Part shown: positions 27,776-41,467 of the stretch, piece by piece
Numbering within the stretch: position 1 is the stretch's first letter
Layout of the letters: every line of letters starts with the position of its first letter
NCBI RefSeq assembly: GCF_000150275.1
Contig: NW_002060944.1
Span: 8,890,159-8,954,158 of the forward strand
Length of the DNA stretch: 64,000 nt
Direction of reading: 5' to 3'
Source of the DNA: Trichoplax adhaerens
Taxonomy: Eukaryota > Animalia > Placozoa
Notes under the pieces: model-generated
The model's database searches: none
What the model was told of the DNA's origin: nothing
What the model saw: the letters and a program-made list of their open reading frames with translations, nothing else
Made by a program: the position numbers and the translations under genes

Positions 27776-29603
27776 CTTTTATTCCGCTGAAGGACTCGAA
27801 ATGACAATCCACTTCAGCACTTGAGTAGTCGGTCAATGACTAGGGAATGGATAAATATGAGGTGTGAATGAATTATGAAACTGGGAAATCAAGTCTCCAA
27901 TTCTTGCTTAAATGATGGCCAACCACTTCATTTTTTTTAGCGGGTAGTGAGACTCAAAAGTGTCTCTGATTTCTATTCGTGATCAATCGAATCCTGGTTC
28001 CGTAAGATAATGAATAATAATTGCATTAAAGCTTATCGCTGATATCCTGTCTAATTAGAAGGGTGTACGAGTATTGTTTAATCGGGGTTGTGATCCATTT
28101 GCTTTCAATGAATTGATAGTTTACATCCAATGATTAATTATTATCGTGAGTTCTACGGATGTCCACCATGACAGTAATCAGGATAATTGTAGGGGTAAAA
28201 ACTGTTGAAAAATAGGATGATGAAATACGTAATTCACTAGTGGTTGCTGTTCGAAAGATGTTGGTGATCATAGCCTCACACACCAACTGTAAAATATATT
28301 AGATATAACCAGTGACACTATAGAAAACGAAGTAATCGATGTTCAATTCAAATACACGGTTTAGTCCATTCGCTTTATAATCATTTATGTATCACGAAAT
28401 TGAGTTTTTCTTCAATATCGCTAGAATTTATTGAGACCGCGAAACACTGATTGTATAACGATTGCTGAATAATTTTAATTTTAATTGGGAATTAATGTAA
28501 TTGAATGACATCATAGTCGTAAGTTACGGTAACGAATGTATCTTTGAAGCCTCCAATGATTAATTATCATGAATTGACAAGCGTGATTGCAATAAGTTTC
28601 AAGCAGTTTATGTGCTTACGGTAGATGACCGCAACGAAGCCACATACCGTTAAACATGCTGGCTCCATCACTGGATTATTTCCTATTTACCTGTAATATC
28701 TTATTATTGTATTTACCAATACTAAAAATTTCGCCTAGCGGTAGTTTGATGTTTGTACATTGTGTACATGTGTAGTTCAGCCCCAAGTATATCGAAGACC
28801 TAGATTGCTCGATGGTACAAAATACATAAATTTCGATCTGATCCTGTGAATTTAATTGGCAAGATATGATTGTGTTGAAGGAAAATCACGCTGTAATGAG
28901 TTGTATAATACATACAGTAAATCGTGAATATTGCAGTCATAATGTAGATAGTGCAGTGATAGTCTGATTGTAGCTAGATAGTCCTTGCGGGTTGTTAGAC
29001 GAGTCTGACTTATGTAATAAAGTGAAGTTTACAAGAAACGTAGATCTTATTTGATTTTTTAGAAGATACTATCACAAGATTCCTATACTGATTAGCCGGT
29101 CATATTTCTTAGAACCACCGTAACATTTGGCCAAGGAGATATTAATTACCGTTGTAAAGTAGTATAGACACCTGATGATTGAGAATGTAGCATAAATCCA
29201 GATTACTATGATGCACGTGAAAGAGTTTAGTGAATATTCAAGTAATTGATGTTAAACGTTATAAATTTTCAATGGCACCGACCCTTCAACCGATATGGCA
29301 TCGACGCTATTTTTCAGTAACCACATTTAGTTGCATCCATTTTAAATAAACCTACCATCAGCATTGATCAAGCGCTATCGAAGGCAATTTAGATAAAAAC
29401 AATAATTTAGTGACACTTTACTGGTTCGGATCCGACGGACAAGGGGCATTCCTGTGATAATAAAGTACATTTTTCGAGTTATTAACCTTCACTTCTACTG
29501 GCATTAACTATAAATGCAAATTGCTAAAGGACTAGAAACTAATGCTGTGTATTTTTGTTTCATGTTAACTTTATGAATGACTAGCCAACATCAGCAGTAA
29601 ATC

Positions 29604-32600
29604 ATGAAAACTGAAGAAGAAAATTCGCTGCTACATGACCAAGACGAGAAACCATTATATCATTCCAATTCGCCAATAGATCCTGAAGCCTATCAGTCAG
29701 AGAAAACTATCCTTAATAACTCGAACTATAAATCATTCAAGATAAGCCCCCATCAAAGGGTAAATAGCTATTGTTGGATTAGCATGTTAAATTATCTTTC
29801 ATACTATTTCCAAATTATATACGTTACAATAGGAAAGCATTGATAATACATGAGTGATTAGATGGTTATACTTCTATATGTACTCGTATACCCAATTATG
29901 ATAAATTTAATTGAAATAAGATACGCAAGTCTATTTTAAAATTTTTCAAGCTGGCTACTGTATCTATTATAGTATGTGATGAACAAGTATTTAACTACTA
30001 CATCATTTGGATTTCGATATCCACGAACCAAGTTGACTTGAGTGAATATCGACAATTTTGCTTATATTATAAACTAAAAGTTGAATAATATTAACATTAT
30101 GGCAACATGACTAGGCAACTTTAACTAATTCTTGAATGGTTGCACTCTACTGTTAGTCATTTAGCTTTCGTAAACTATGGGCATTCACTGGTCCGGGATT
30201 TTTAATGAGTATTGCCTATTTGGATCCTGGTAACATTGATTCTGACCTACAAGCTGGAGCGGTCGCAGGTTACAAGGTTATTCAAATTCTCTTTTTAATT
30301 CAAATACTTACTGAAATTTATTATTACAATATATCGCGCCAGCGATTAATGTATTATATGTAAATGAATAAATAACACATTACCATAGAAAGACAGATTT
30401 GAGTATACTTAAACTAAAAGGATAACGGCATTTTGTAATAGCTACTCTGGGTTCTCTGGTGGTCGACAGTATTGGGATTATTACTGCAAGTACGAAAACC
30501 ATTTTAATTTACTGGATATTAAAATTAATATTTAAATGATACCGTAGTGCTTAAATTGCAGCTGCTAAATTATAACGTTACTATTAAAATTTTTTAATAC
30601 AGCTGGGTTCATCCAGATTAGGAACGGTTTCAGGTAGGTTAGAATCTAGTGTTGTACTATCGGTATTATAGTATTATCTACAAAGTAGCCGTTTTGGTGA
30701 TATGTTACTGTAATTCTACAACTTACATAGCCCCATTTGTCTTATTCATCAGGTCGACATCTTGCCGAACATTGCCGTTTCATTTACCCGTTGTTTCCGA
30801 GGATTGTCGTTTGGCTAATGATGGAAATCGCTATTATTGGCACTGATATTCAGGAAGTAATTGGAAGTGCTATAGCTATTAACTTGTTGTCGTCTGGAAA
30901 GTAAGTCAGAAAAACACAAAGATTCTTACGATCGTGAAAATTTTTAAAACGGCATTACTGATCATAGAGTCTATTTATGTTCAATTATAGGGTTCCAATA
31001 TATGCTGGTGTTATTATTACGGCTGTAGACACCTTTATGTTTTTGCTATTACAAAATTATGGTAACAGCATGCATTTGTATGTCCAAGTAATAGTTATCA
31101 TTGTGCAGTTACAAATTTACTTATTTTGATTGCAGGCCTGAGGAAGCTGGAAGCTTTGTTTGCAATGCTGATTACACTGATGGCAGGAACTTTCTTGTAT
31201 ATGGTTGGTTTATATTAAACTTATAAATATTCATTTATAAGAACGTACATCATATTAGTTATTCTAGATTACTAAAATTTGTTTGTACAAACCTCGTAGT
31301 ATATTATAGCTGCTCCGGATCAAGGAAAAATTATTCTTGGTGTCATTGCACCCACGTGTCCTAATTGCACAGCTGCGGATGCAGAACAGGTACTAGGATT
31401 GCAAATTTGCAAACCTATTACGAGTGATCATACCAATGTAGCGGCGTAACCTTCAAATAAATCATAACTTCAATTATAACACTCTTTGGATAATCTATTA
31501 ATAGGCAGTTGGTATTATTGGATCAGTTGTGATGCCCCATAATCTTTATCTACATTCAGCGCTAGTCTTGGTAATAACTAATTATAGATAATTGATATTT
31601 TGTTATTTCTTAAATATTCTTATTCACTAGCCTATTAATTCGCTATAGCGTCGTAAAATCTCTTACTTTATGACTGACACAAATTTAGAGCCGAGAAATA
31701 GATCGAGACATTCCTTCCGTTATCAGAGAAGCTAATATGTATTACTGCATTGAATCATGTAGGTTTCGTACAAGAAGCAAACAGTTGCTTTTAAAATATT
31801 GATATTACTGTATGCTTGTGTGCATTTGCTCGAATAATTAATTAGTAAATCATTTTAATATTGTACTTACAGCTGTGGCACTCTTTGTTTCGTTTCTTAT
31901 CAATCTCTTTGTTACCGCTGTTTTTGCTAAGGTAAAGATAAAATCGTTGGGCTTAATTTTTATTGTATCAGTCTTGCTAGTAATCTGCTTAATACAGACT
32001 GAACAGCGAAGATTAAGGATTTTTAAAGATTTAGTTTTATTAGCCATGCCAGCTAACATTTTACTAAAATTTACAGTCATTTCGTCATGGCGACTGTTCC
32101 AATGCCCAATTAAGGACCGCAGGTAATTGCATTTATCAAAAATTTGGTAAAGCTGCGAAAATTATCTGGGGTATAGGGCTACTTTCTGCTGGACAAAGTG
32201 CCACCATGACGGTTTGTTAAATAATTTTACATCCGATTTAGCAGATGCTAAACCTCATTTATCTGATATCGTCTAATTGAGATAACCGTTGCACCTTGTA
32301 GGGAACTTATGCGGGTCAATTTGTCATGGAGGTAACCTCTTTATAAGTATTCTTGATTTGCTACCACTTAAGTTTTATAACGGTACTGGCATGTAATAAC
32401 CTCGTGCAAAACTTTTTGTAGGGCTTCACTGGCATCTCATGGCCAAAATGGAAGCGTGCCTTTGTCACCAGATCAATCTCTATATTTCCGTCAATGATCA
32501 TAGCTATCCTGGCTAAAGACGATATTGATACACTGAACAACCTCATTAATGTATCGCAGAGCATTTTGGTACCGTTAATTTTACGTTTATATCGCTAGTT

Positions 32601-33330
32601 TATGGCTATATCTTGATATATTGACTATGATTCAATTATTTAATAATCCTAGCTGCCGTTTGCACTATTTCCGCTGATGCATTGTATTACTAATACGGAA
32701 ATAATGGGCCAATTTAGGATAGGAAGGTAGTATCTTGTACAATCTCGAGTTCAAAAGGCTTCACCCTAATACGTTTCATAAGCAGATACTGATGCGGTTG
32801 CGAAATACTTATTTACAGAAAATATTCAACAATGTTATGGGTGGTGTCAATTATTGTATTGGGCTTCAACCTTTACTCTGTTTTTGACTTATTGGTTGGT
32901 GTTAATTGATTTGATATTTTAATCCTAACATTTTCAAATTGCTTGATATTTTCTTACTAACACAATTACTCTTATCCGTATTATTCTACTGTTTAGGCCA
33001 GTATCCATGTCATGCCTGCCGTACTAGCGCTTGTTATTGTTGCCTTCGTTTTGTACGCTTTGTTTCTATTCTATCTAGTAAGTGAGGTTTACGTACGCAA
33101 GGGATAATTTTATACCAATGTATTTTGCAGCTTACGATTATTATATACATATGTAAATCCCGTAATAACATAGAATGTTACTGTCTGATACTATAACAGT
33201 TCATTGGCCCGAAAACATTTAATCGAATATGGGTAAGTGCTAGAAATTCATCTTCTTTTTTCCATTGTGAAGATATCAACTTACCAAAGTCTAATTTTGA
33301 TGTGTATAGAGTCGATGCCGTTCTGTCTAA
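29604..33330 (+). CDS. SLC11A: NRAMP/SLC11 divalent metal-H+ transporter (multi-exon)
   Basis: Spliced translation gives [39 protein letters not shown] (~30158-30277), [50 protein letters not shown] (~31505-31570), [37 protein letters not shown] and NVSQSILLPFAL. It ends SRCRSV* at 33330. Confidence 0.97.
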
Positions 33331-34741
33331 TGAAAGTATGGTCGAATGCATTCACTCAGGCTATATGAGTAATATAATGTGCCCAGCCAATGATAGTTCC
33401 TGTATGGATATTGATTTTAAACACATGGGGTTTATAATATTTTATTACGAGATCGATACATAGGTTATAAATCTAATGTATCTAATTATGATAGGTAACA
33501 TGATATTATTTTAAATGGCCATAAACTAGTAACTATGCAATGTCTAATTATCATGAGATGGACTTATTCAGATTATGAATCTAATATGTCCAGCAGTAAG
33601 TTATCATTTTTATGCTTTAATTTATTACTAAATGTGTAAAAGTGTAGTGAATCTGTTACAGAAGTTATTATTGTCAACATGTTATGCAGAAGTAAATTTG
33701 ATATAACTTATAAATCAATATCAAATCTAGAGCTGTCGGCAATAATAGCTGTATATAAGTTATGCTCAAGTATATTGATTTCAGCTTCGTAGAATATGAT
33801 TTCGTCTTAATACTAATAAGTTTTTGAAGTATCAAGTGATCTTATTCGCAAGTTTTATCTTATGAACAAGTTCAGTAACCTATTTATCTAGGTTCATTTT
33901 AGTATTATTATTTTTGATCCTTCTCTAAGTTTTGCTGTTGTATGTAGTTTTACTTTGTCGGTCAGAGCTTGTTACACTAGTATCTCAATCGTAAGAGAGT
34001 CAGTAATAAAATCTATTATAAAATTTCTTTTAAGTGATGTACACGCTGAGTAGTTTGTAGAACAGGTTTTGTACAAATCGAAAATTTTTCTTCATTGTAG
34101 GGGAACTATAATGCGATATGTCTATTAAATCCAAAACTCAGTGATTGAATGATATGCTGTAGTCCCTGGGTGTAGTTTCATCAGAATAGCCAAAAAATTT
34201 TCAAGTATACACTACGCATTCTACTTTAGCTTTCATTAAGTATGATGCTTTTGGAAATTTTGATTATATAAGCGTTTACAGTGGTGGAGCTATCTATTTG
34301 AAGGATATATACTATAACTAATTACACATTCGTGTCTACGATGAGGGCCCGGTGTAAATTGCGAAAATACAAGGTTATGACAGAAACGTATATGAACAGA
34401 TGGTGTCTTGAAGAAATAGTTGTTACATATCAGAATATCCATAATTACAATTCAGGAAAAAGATTTATTATAGGTATAATTATACAATATCACAGACAAG
34501 AATTGAGTTTACAAAAATTCTGCCATGAACGTAACTTGACATCAAAGTCAGATTTTATACCATACTACGAGTATGCGAGTGAAATCTGATTACAGTAACA
34601 TACGAAAAAGATGATACATATGTTTCATTTATACGGTTATTCACATATTATCTAGTCTATAAGACAAAGGAATGCACGTAGAGAATTCAAGCTATAAAAT
34701 AATTAACTGAGTCCTAAAAATATAAATAAGACTACAGTATC

Positions 34742-37700
34742 TTAAAAGTCATCATCCTTATCTGCCATTTCTTTTGCTAGTTCTAAATCATGTTGTTCGC
34801 GCTCACGCCTCCCCTAATGAAGTAATTAATATCAGTTCAAACATGCCTACATGCCGTTTTCAGTTAATATCAATAGTAGTATCATAAGTAATTGCAAACA
34901 TGTTAGAATTATTAAAATATCAAAGAAAGATATTGTACTAGTGCTTGGCAATATTTCGTACCTCAGCTGATTCAACATTGTCACTGTAAGTTTTGCGGGG
35001 GTAACGCATAGCCTTAACCGACTGATTATATACTTGTAAGCAAAACGATGTCCTCTGATTGAATACTTCTTGTGGTTGATTTGTAGAGTATATATCTACA
35101 TTTTCCTGTAACAGTTGTGATCTAGTTAAAACGACTAACGATTATCACTAGCTCTAGGGCTGTGGCAGTTTACCGTACCTTACTCTCAACAGTTCCACTT
35201 TCATGGTTAATGACTGCATCAATTACTCCATCCTTTATCGCCTAATTAAATAGGTAAGTAGATTTGTTTTGAACACCTTCTGCTTACGTGATAAAAAATC
35301 TTTACAGTCAATAAGGTACCAAATTCTGGCAAACAATCAAACCTTAGCAACAATATATTCAGCGTCCTCTCGACTATCAAGTTGCAATTTTTTTGCAATA
35401 TCTTCCAAGGATATTGAAGAATACGAGATGTTTATCATTCTAACGCCAGTTTTAATAACATTATGACGCAACCTAGAATAAAGTTATCATAAATTTATCA
35501 TACAGTTGACTTTTTGCCTATCAATCATGGCTAACAGCTTACCTTATAATTAGGGTATAAGTTTTATTTGCAAGAAATCTTGACTTAAACTTATCTACCA
35601 CTACATTGAATCTTGCTAAATCGCCATTACGCACAGCTAAATATTGAAACAGTTGTCAATTTTCAATTGTTAACACTCCCATTCCTGCAATAAATTCAAC
35701 CCATTCTATACCTTGTGTCAATTGAAAATATGGAAGTAGCGGTCGACGCAGACAACGATCACGAAATATGCTACGATCAGGAATTTCACCCAGTAGCAAT
35801 TGAACAACAATGGCGAATTTATGAACCTTAAAATATTGAATGACATTAATTGTTCATTTAAGTCAATACATCAAAAATAATTCTCGATGAGAATTTATAG
35901 AATTCTATTTTTAGAACTAAATGTAATGACGAGATTTACAATTTCCTTAAATCCTGCAGCGGACGTTTGTGGAGCTTTACGAATTGCCTATGAGGTGAAC
36001 AAGCTTATATTACTCTTATGTAACATATATATAGTAGCTATATGTAGTAAGATAAGTCTGCTGCAAGTTTCCTAACCTGTAGTAAATGTTGGTATGCATC
36101 AGAGTAATTTAATTCGATAGCTCTAATACGACCTAAGCAATAAAAACAACATACGAGTTATAGCTCTCCTGTTGCTAATCTCAATCGATTTCATATTATT
36201 GCTACATTTTTAGCTTAAAATATACCAAGGTAAAAGAAATGCCTCGCCCACTCATTATTTGATGCAGCTTCAGGAAATGCAGCTTTTGATACCAACTTAT
36301 TGGCCTTTGTAACGATAAGAATTCATAATCATAATGTTATAAAACTAGCCTAAACAGGCATATATATAAAAATCTCGATTGTATTACTAATAGACTAAAA
36401 CGGAATAAAAATTCTAACCTGATCATAGAGGTTGTAGTGCAAATAGTTTTGAAGCAACAGGTTAATCAAAACAGCCTATTTCAATAATTTTAAGATACAC
36501 CGTGAATTAAAGTTATTCATCAACAATTCATCGCCATTAGTACTTGAGTAATTACTACATACTTGTCCTTCTTCATCATGACGTATAGTACACGTTCGAA
36601 GACGGGCAAGTAACTTGCTAAAATACGTGGAGATAGTCATACAACACAAAAGGCAATAACATCAATATGAAGTGAAAAATGGAAAGAGAACCAACTCAAA
36701 GCAGATAAAATCTATTCCATTTACTAACCTTCTGATATCACGTAATCGGTCAGATAACTCGTAAGCTCTACTATAATAATAGTAACATTTAGCAGATAAT
36801 AGGTCTAATGAATGCTTCGTATTTACTTCGCACTTTTCGATCAATAAGTCAGCGCAAGCTATAGCCTAATGGAGGCAAATAGTTGAAAGTAATTTAAGAC
36901 TCTTGGTTTTATGAATATCACTGTTGGTATGTCATCAAGTCAAAAGAGTTGACAATTCAAGAATAAAAATAGTGACTACTGCTTCCATAATTACTGACCT
37001 TATCATAGCGTTTGCTATCTAATAAATGCATTAATACCAGCAAATGTAAATAGATTTCAATTTCCAACAAATCGGTCTTTTTATGACGTACTTCGACTAC
37101 AGTATCTCCACCTTCTTCAGCAATATCCATACTCTATAAAAGTGAAGCGGTTATAAGTTATCTCAAGAGTTAGTGAAAGATATTTGTCCAAAAGTTGAAT
37201 AACCTCATCTAAGAACGACAATAAGCGGTCCTTGGAAGGTGAATCTAAATTAAAAAAAGTGATGAAGAATGACGTTATAAAATGGATAGAATCAGCGATA
37301 TTAAAAACGCTCTCATCAAGTCATGATGATGACGACTGTTACTAATAGAAGTCATGGACCTAAAAGAAGGTGACAGCCTTACCTGTAGCTAGGTGCTTAT
37401 TGATCGCTTTCCTCAACAAATTATCACTTGCTTTAGAACGAATCCCTTTGATAGTACGTAATATGCGGGCTACATATCGAGATTCCATTGTTTTCACCGA
37501 TCTTTCAATATACTTTGCGTGTTCTTGAATATCTATGGAAGGGAATGAAAGATTCTTTGATTCAAAAAATTGAAACTGTACTAATTCATGATGTCATTGT
37601 AGTGATATTCCCTTCGAGGAAAAAATTGGGATAATCGACAATGTTCAATGTGTTTGATTGCTGGTCATGCTGAGTGTGAGTATGAACGTAGTCCATTGCT

Positions 37701-38148
37701 GAGTTGATGGCAATGGCCATTGGATGAATACTAATGTCATCTGTGTAATAGCTATGCATTATCTACTGGGAAATACAAATTACTGTTATCGAACTGATTT
37801 TTCAATTTGAAAAAAATTTCTAGACCTGATCTCTCTTTGATCGTGCTACCTGTCATGGTACAATTTAGGGGACTTGGTCCATGTTAGGACCCACTATGAT
37901 ACACATAGACTATTTCAATCAGCGTGAAAAGGAAGAAAGTCTTACTGAAATAATGGATAGTAACCATTGGATTGATTAAAAACTGTTCCTAGTAATATCA
38001 TTATGCCAACATATTCAAGTTATTAGTTACCTTCGCCAAAGATTCTTTCTTCTTCTCGACGTTGATCCACTTTGGGATCTTTCTTGTTGGCATCCTCTGT
38101 TGGATGCTTCTCCTGAGGCTTGTCATCTTTCGTACTCGACATGGTCAT
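34742..38148 (-). CDS. PSMD3: 26S proteasome non-ATPase regulatory subunit 3 (Rpn3)
   Basis: Spliced translation gives [10 protein letters not shown]..., [111 protein letters not shown] and AMRYPRK. The C-terminus [23 protein letters not shown] is typical of PSMD3. Confidence 0.97.
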
Positions 38149-38659
38149 CTTTCTTTCAATGCCAACCAATAATGCTTAATACCACTGAATGAATACAAAT
38201 TGCGATGGATAAATGTATAGACAGAGTCGATATGCAAAAGAAATGCAGCAGCTATACAGTGAGAAACTTAAAGGAAATCAATCACCACCGACCAATTTGA
38301 AATAGTCAATGGCAGCAAGGAGCGATGGATGCTGGCCGGCCTGGCTGGTTAACCTCGATACCACAGGACGTCAGACTGTCCGTAGTATCAACCCCCAAAT
38401 ACCGATATGGAGTCTATGCTTTAAACTGGAACAGCAGTTGTACCGTGCTACAGTATGGTGGCGAGCATTTTTTTTTGTACAGTACAAATAACTCCAGTAC
38501 GAATGCATCGAGCGTACCACGCGTAGTAGATGGTTGCATACAGTGGTGTTGAGTCTATACAAAACTGTTGATTGGAAAGCTACGGCTGGCCTTCTTTGTT
38601 TCAACACCGTAAGCCTTGTCTTGTCAACCATGACTCAGTCAGTTCCTCCTAGAGTGCAA

Positions 38660-39750
38660 GATCGAGTTTTACAGTACTTTCGTATACTGTACACTGTGAA
38701 CTGGTACTGTAACCATGCTACAGTGAGAAGTCTTCATCATCTTGCACCATACTGTACAGTACTGAGTTTGTCGCAGAAATTGGAGCCCCCCATTTTTTTT
38801 TATATTTATCCTGTCCAAATTCTACATCAGTCGGTAGAGAAAGAGTCAAATAACATAGTTCATTCACTCAAATCTGCTTATAAAGCCTAATTTCTTTACA
38901 ATCATTACTTCAAGTATGCGAACTGCTACAGTACCAAGTAAAACCATGGGTTTCATGAACATTACTATTGTACCGTACTGCGCTGTACAGTGTACAGTGA
39001 TTACGTACTGTACTGTACAGTACATTAGTTACGTTTTCGTGTAGAGTACTGTACTGTACTGTACTTTCGTGTACTGTTGCCCTGTAACCATGCTACAGTG
39101 AAAAGTCGCCTTAGTCTGGTCTACAAAGGATACATCAATCGGTAGAGAAAGAGCCAAATAACATGGTTTAGTAGTCAAAATCTGCTTACGACACCTCATT
39201 AAATCGCAATAATGAGTTGAAGTACGCCAACTGCTACAGTACCAAGCAAAAAACATGGGTTTAATATGACTACAGTACAGTATAGTGTTCAGTAACTTGG
39301 ACGCACGACTACAGTATACTGTACTGTACAGTTAGTTACGTCAGTGTACTATACTGGCCTGTAAGTCAGTTAGTTACGTCAGTTCGTTACGTCAGTGTGC
39401 TGTACAGTGTACAGTACTTTCACGTACTGTGCACTGTACACTGTACGGCTGGTCTGTAAACATGCTACAGTTCAGTACTGTACTGTAAGGAATTTTCATC
39501 ATCTGGTCTGGTCCCTTGCCTGCACAATACAGTACAGTAGTATACTGTACAGTACAGTATAGTACTATACTGTACACCTATTGTACTGAGTTTGTCTGAG
39601 GAATTGAGCCCCCCAAATTTCTTATCCTATACAAATTCTACATCAGTCGGTAGAGAGAGAGGCAAATAACATAGTTCAGTAATTAAAATTTGCTTACGAA
39701 GTCTAACTTCTTTGCAGTAATAAGTTAAAGTACGCCAACTACTGCTAGTA
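38660..39750. repeat. CAGTA/TACTG-rich block with three diverged copies of a ~250-bp composite unit
   Basis: GTAA(C/A)CATGCTACAGT at ~38709, 39084 and 39457. CATCARTCGGTAGAGARAGAG.CAAATAACAT.GTT...AAAT.TGCTTA at ~38825, 39133 and 39641, separated by TACTG/CAGTA runs. Confidence 0.88.
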
Positions 39751-40450
39751 ACAATTTAGAAGAGCAACTCTTATTCGTTGTCGTAGTGGGTCAATATTTC
39801 GACCAATGCTAACGGCAGAGGATATATCGTAGTAATAATGATAAGGGGAGTATAGTAGCCTGCAATAGTGTTGGCTAGCAACGATCTAGAAGAGAAACTC
39901 TTAGCTCAATATTTCGACCAATGCTAACGGCAGAGGATATATCGTAGTAATAATGATAAGGGGAGTATAGGAGCCTGCAATAGTGTTGGCTAGCAACGAT
40001 CTAGAAGAGAAACTCTTAGCTCAATATTTCGACCAATGCTAACGGTAGAGGATGTATCGTAGTAATAATGATAAGGGGAGTATAGTAGCCTGCAATAGTG
40101 TTGGCTAGCAACGAACTAGAAGAGAAACTCTTAGCTCAATATTTCGACCAATACTAACGGCAGAGGATGTATCGTAGTAATAATGATAAGGGAGTATAGT
40201 AGCCTGCAATAGTGTTGGCTAGCAACGATCTAGAAGAGAAACTCTTAGCTCAATATTTCGACCAATGCTAACGGCAGAGGATGTATCGTAGTAATAATGA
40301 TAAGGGGAGTATAGTAGCCTGCAATAGTGTTGGCTAGCAACGATCTAGAAGAGAAACTCTTAGCTCAATATTTCGACCAATGCTAACGGCAGAGGATGTA
40401 TCGTAGTAGTAATAATGATAAGGGGAGTACAGTAGCCTGCAATAGTGTTG
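39745..40450. repeat. 115-bp tandem repeat array (~6 copies)
   Basis: Unit CAATATTTCGACCAATGCTAACGGCAGAGGAT...GAAGAGAAACTCTTAGCT starts at 39792, 39907, 40022, 40137, 40251 and 40366. Copies differ by only a few substitutions/indels. Confidence 0.97.
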
Positions 40451-41467
40451 CAAGTTGCAACCAATGACAAATTGCGTGCTTAAACCCAGGCCAAATTGTG
40501 TCCCTTAGACGACATGAAATGATACGCATAGTTGCGCTAACCTAGACTGTTGCAAGCAATCACGACAGCATGGAACTTCATTAATTGACACACACACATC
40601 ATGCCAACTTGACATTACTTTTATTCTTGAACAACATAATGCCAACTGTTCAGGCCAATAGTCAATTCGAGAGATGAAGAAAAATGTAAAAATACCACTT
40701 GTCAATTTAAAATACCACTCTGCTCTATAGAGGCTCAGTAAGAATAGTGATCTCACTAGAAATGACATACTCGTAAGTCTACTCGTATGCATTGACTAAA
40801 TGCAAACTGTCATCAAAGATAATTTCACTTGAGCTGTAAATATCTTGAAAGTAACAATTTAAATAACCTTGTCCGTCGACAAATGATATAAAATTTCGTT
40901 ACGACAGCAAATAAATCATCAAAACTTTTCAAATGCAACTATGAAAATGTTATTGTTCCATACTAGCTGATTAATGAAACTCATCCTACACAACACCTTG
41001 AACTCTCCAAGTTTCAGTAATAATGAGATAAATTAGCATAAAGAGGTTAGAAAAACAATGGATTATAGTCACAAAGAAAGCATATTAACAATAATAACTT
41101 CTAACAGCCATGTTGAAAAATTCGGTCCTGCTATCACCAATGTCTATGCTTTATTCTGATATAACATTATTAACTTATTAACCTATACATGTATACCTAT
41201 ATACTTGCATAATCGCGGAGAAAGTATTATACTGTATAATTGCACTGGCACTCCCACTATTTGTTACGACCTACTGGCCGATAAAAATCTATATAAATAT
41301 GGAAACCCCAAAGAATGGATCTCAAGAAGGCTCAAGTATTGTCCCCTTTATCAAATGCATCCTTAAAATGGAGGCCTTGCAGTATTCTGCTCGAGTAAAG
41401 TATTTTCACTCAACATTGCAATCCTTCTACTTAATATCGTCATATGGCATCAAGTCGTTTTTCGCCG

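Noticed and set aside
33330-34300. Iron-responsive element in the NRAMP 3' region, as in vertebrate DMT1
   Set aside because: CAGTG hits near 34139 and 34279 lack the 5-bp upper stem and bulged-C geometry.
38309-39577. Overlapping short ORFs upstream of PSMD3
   Set aside because: They are repeat-derived or fall in a GC-richer island, with no domain similarity or splice structure.
39792-40450. CRISPR-like array
   Set aside because: The units are head-to-tail near-identical with no unique spacers, the context is eukaryotic and there are no cas genes.
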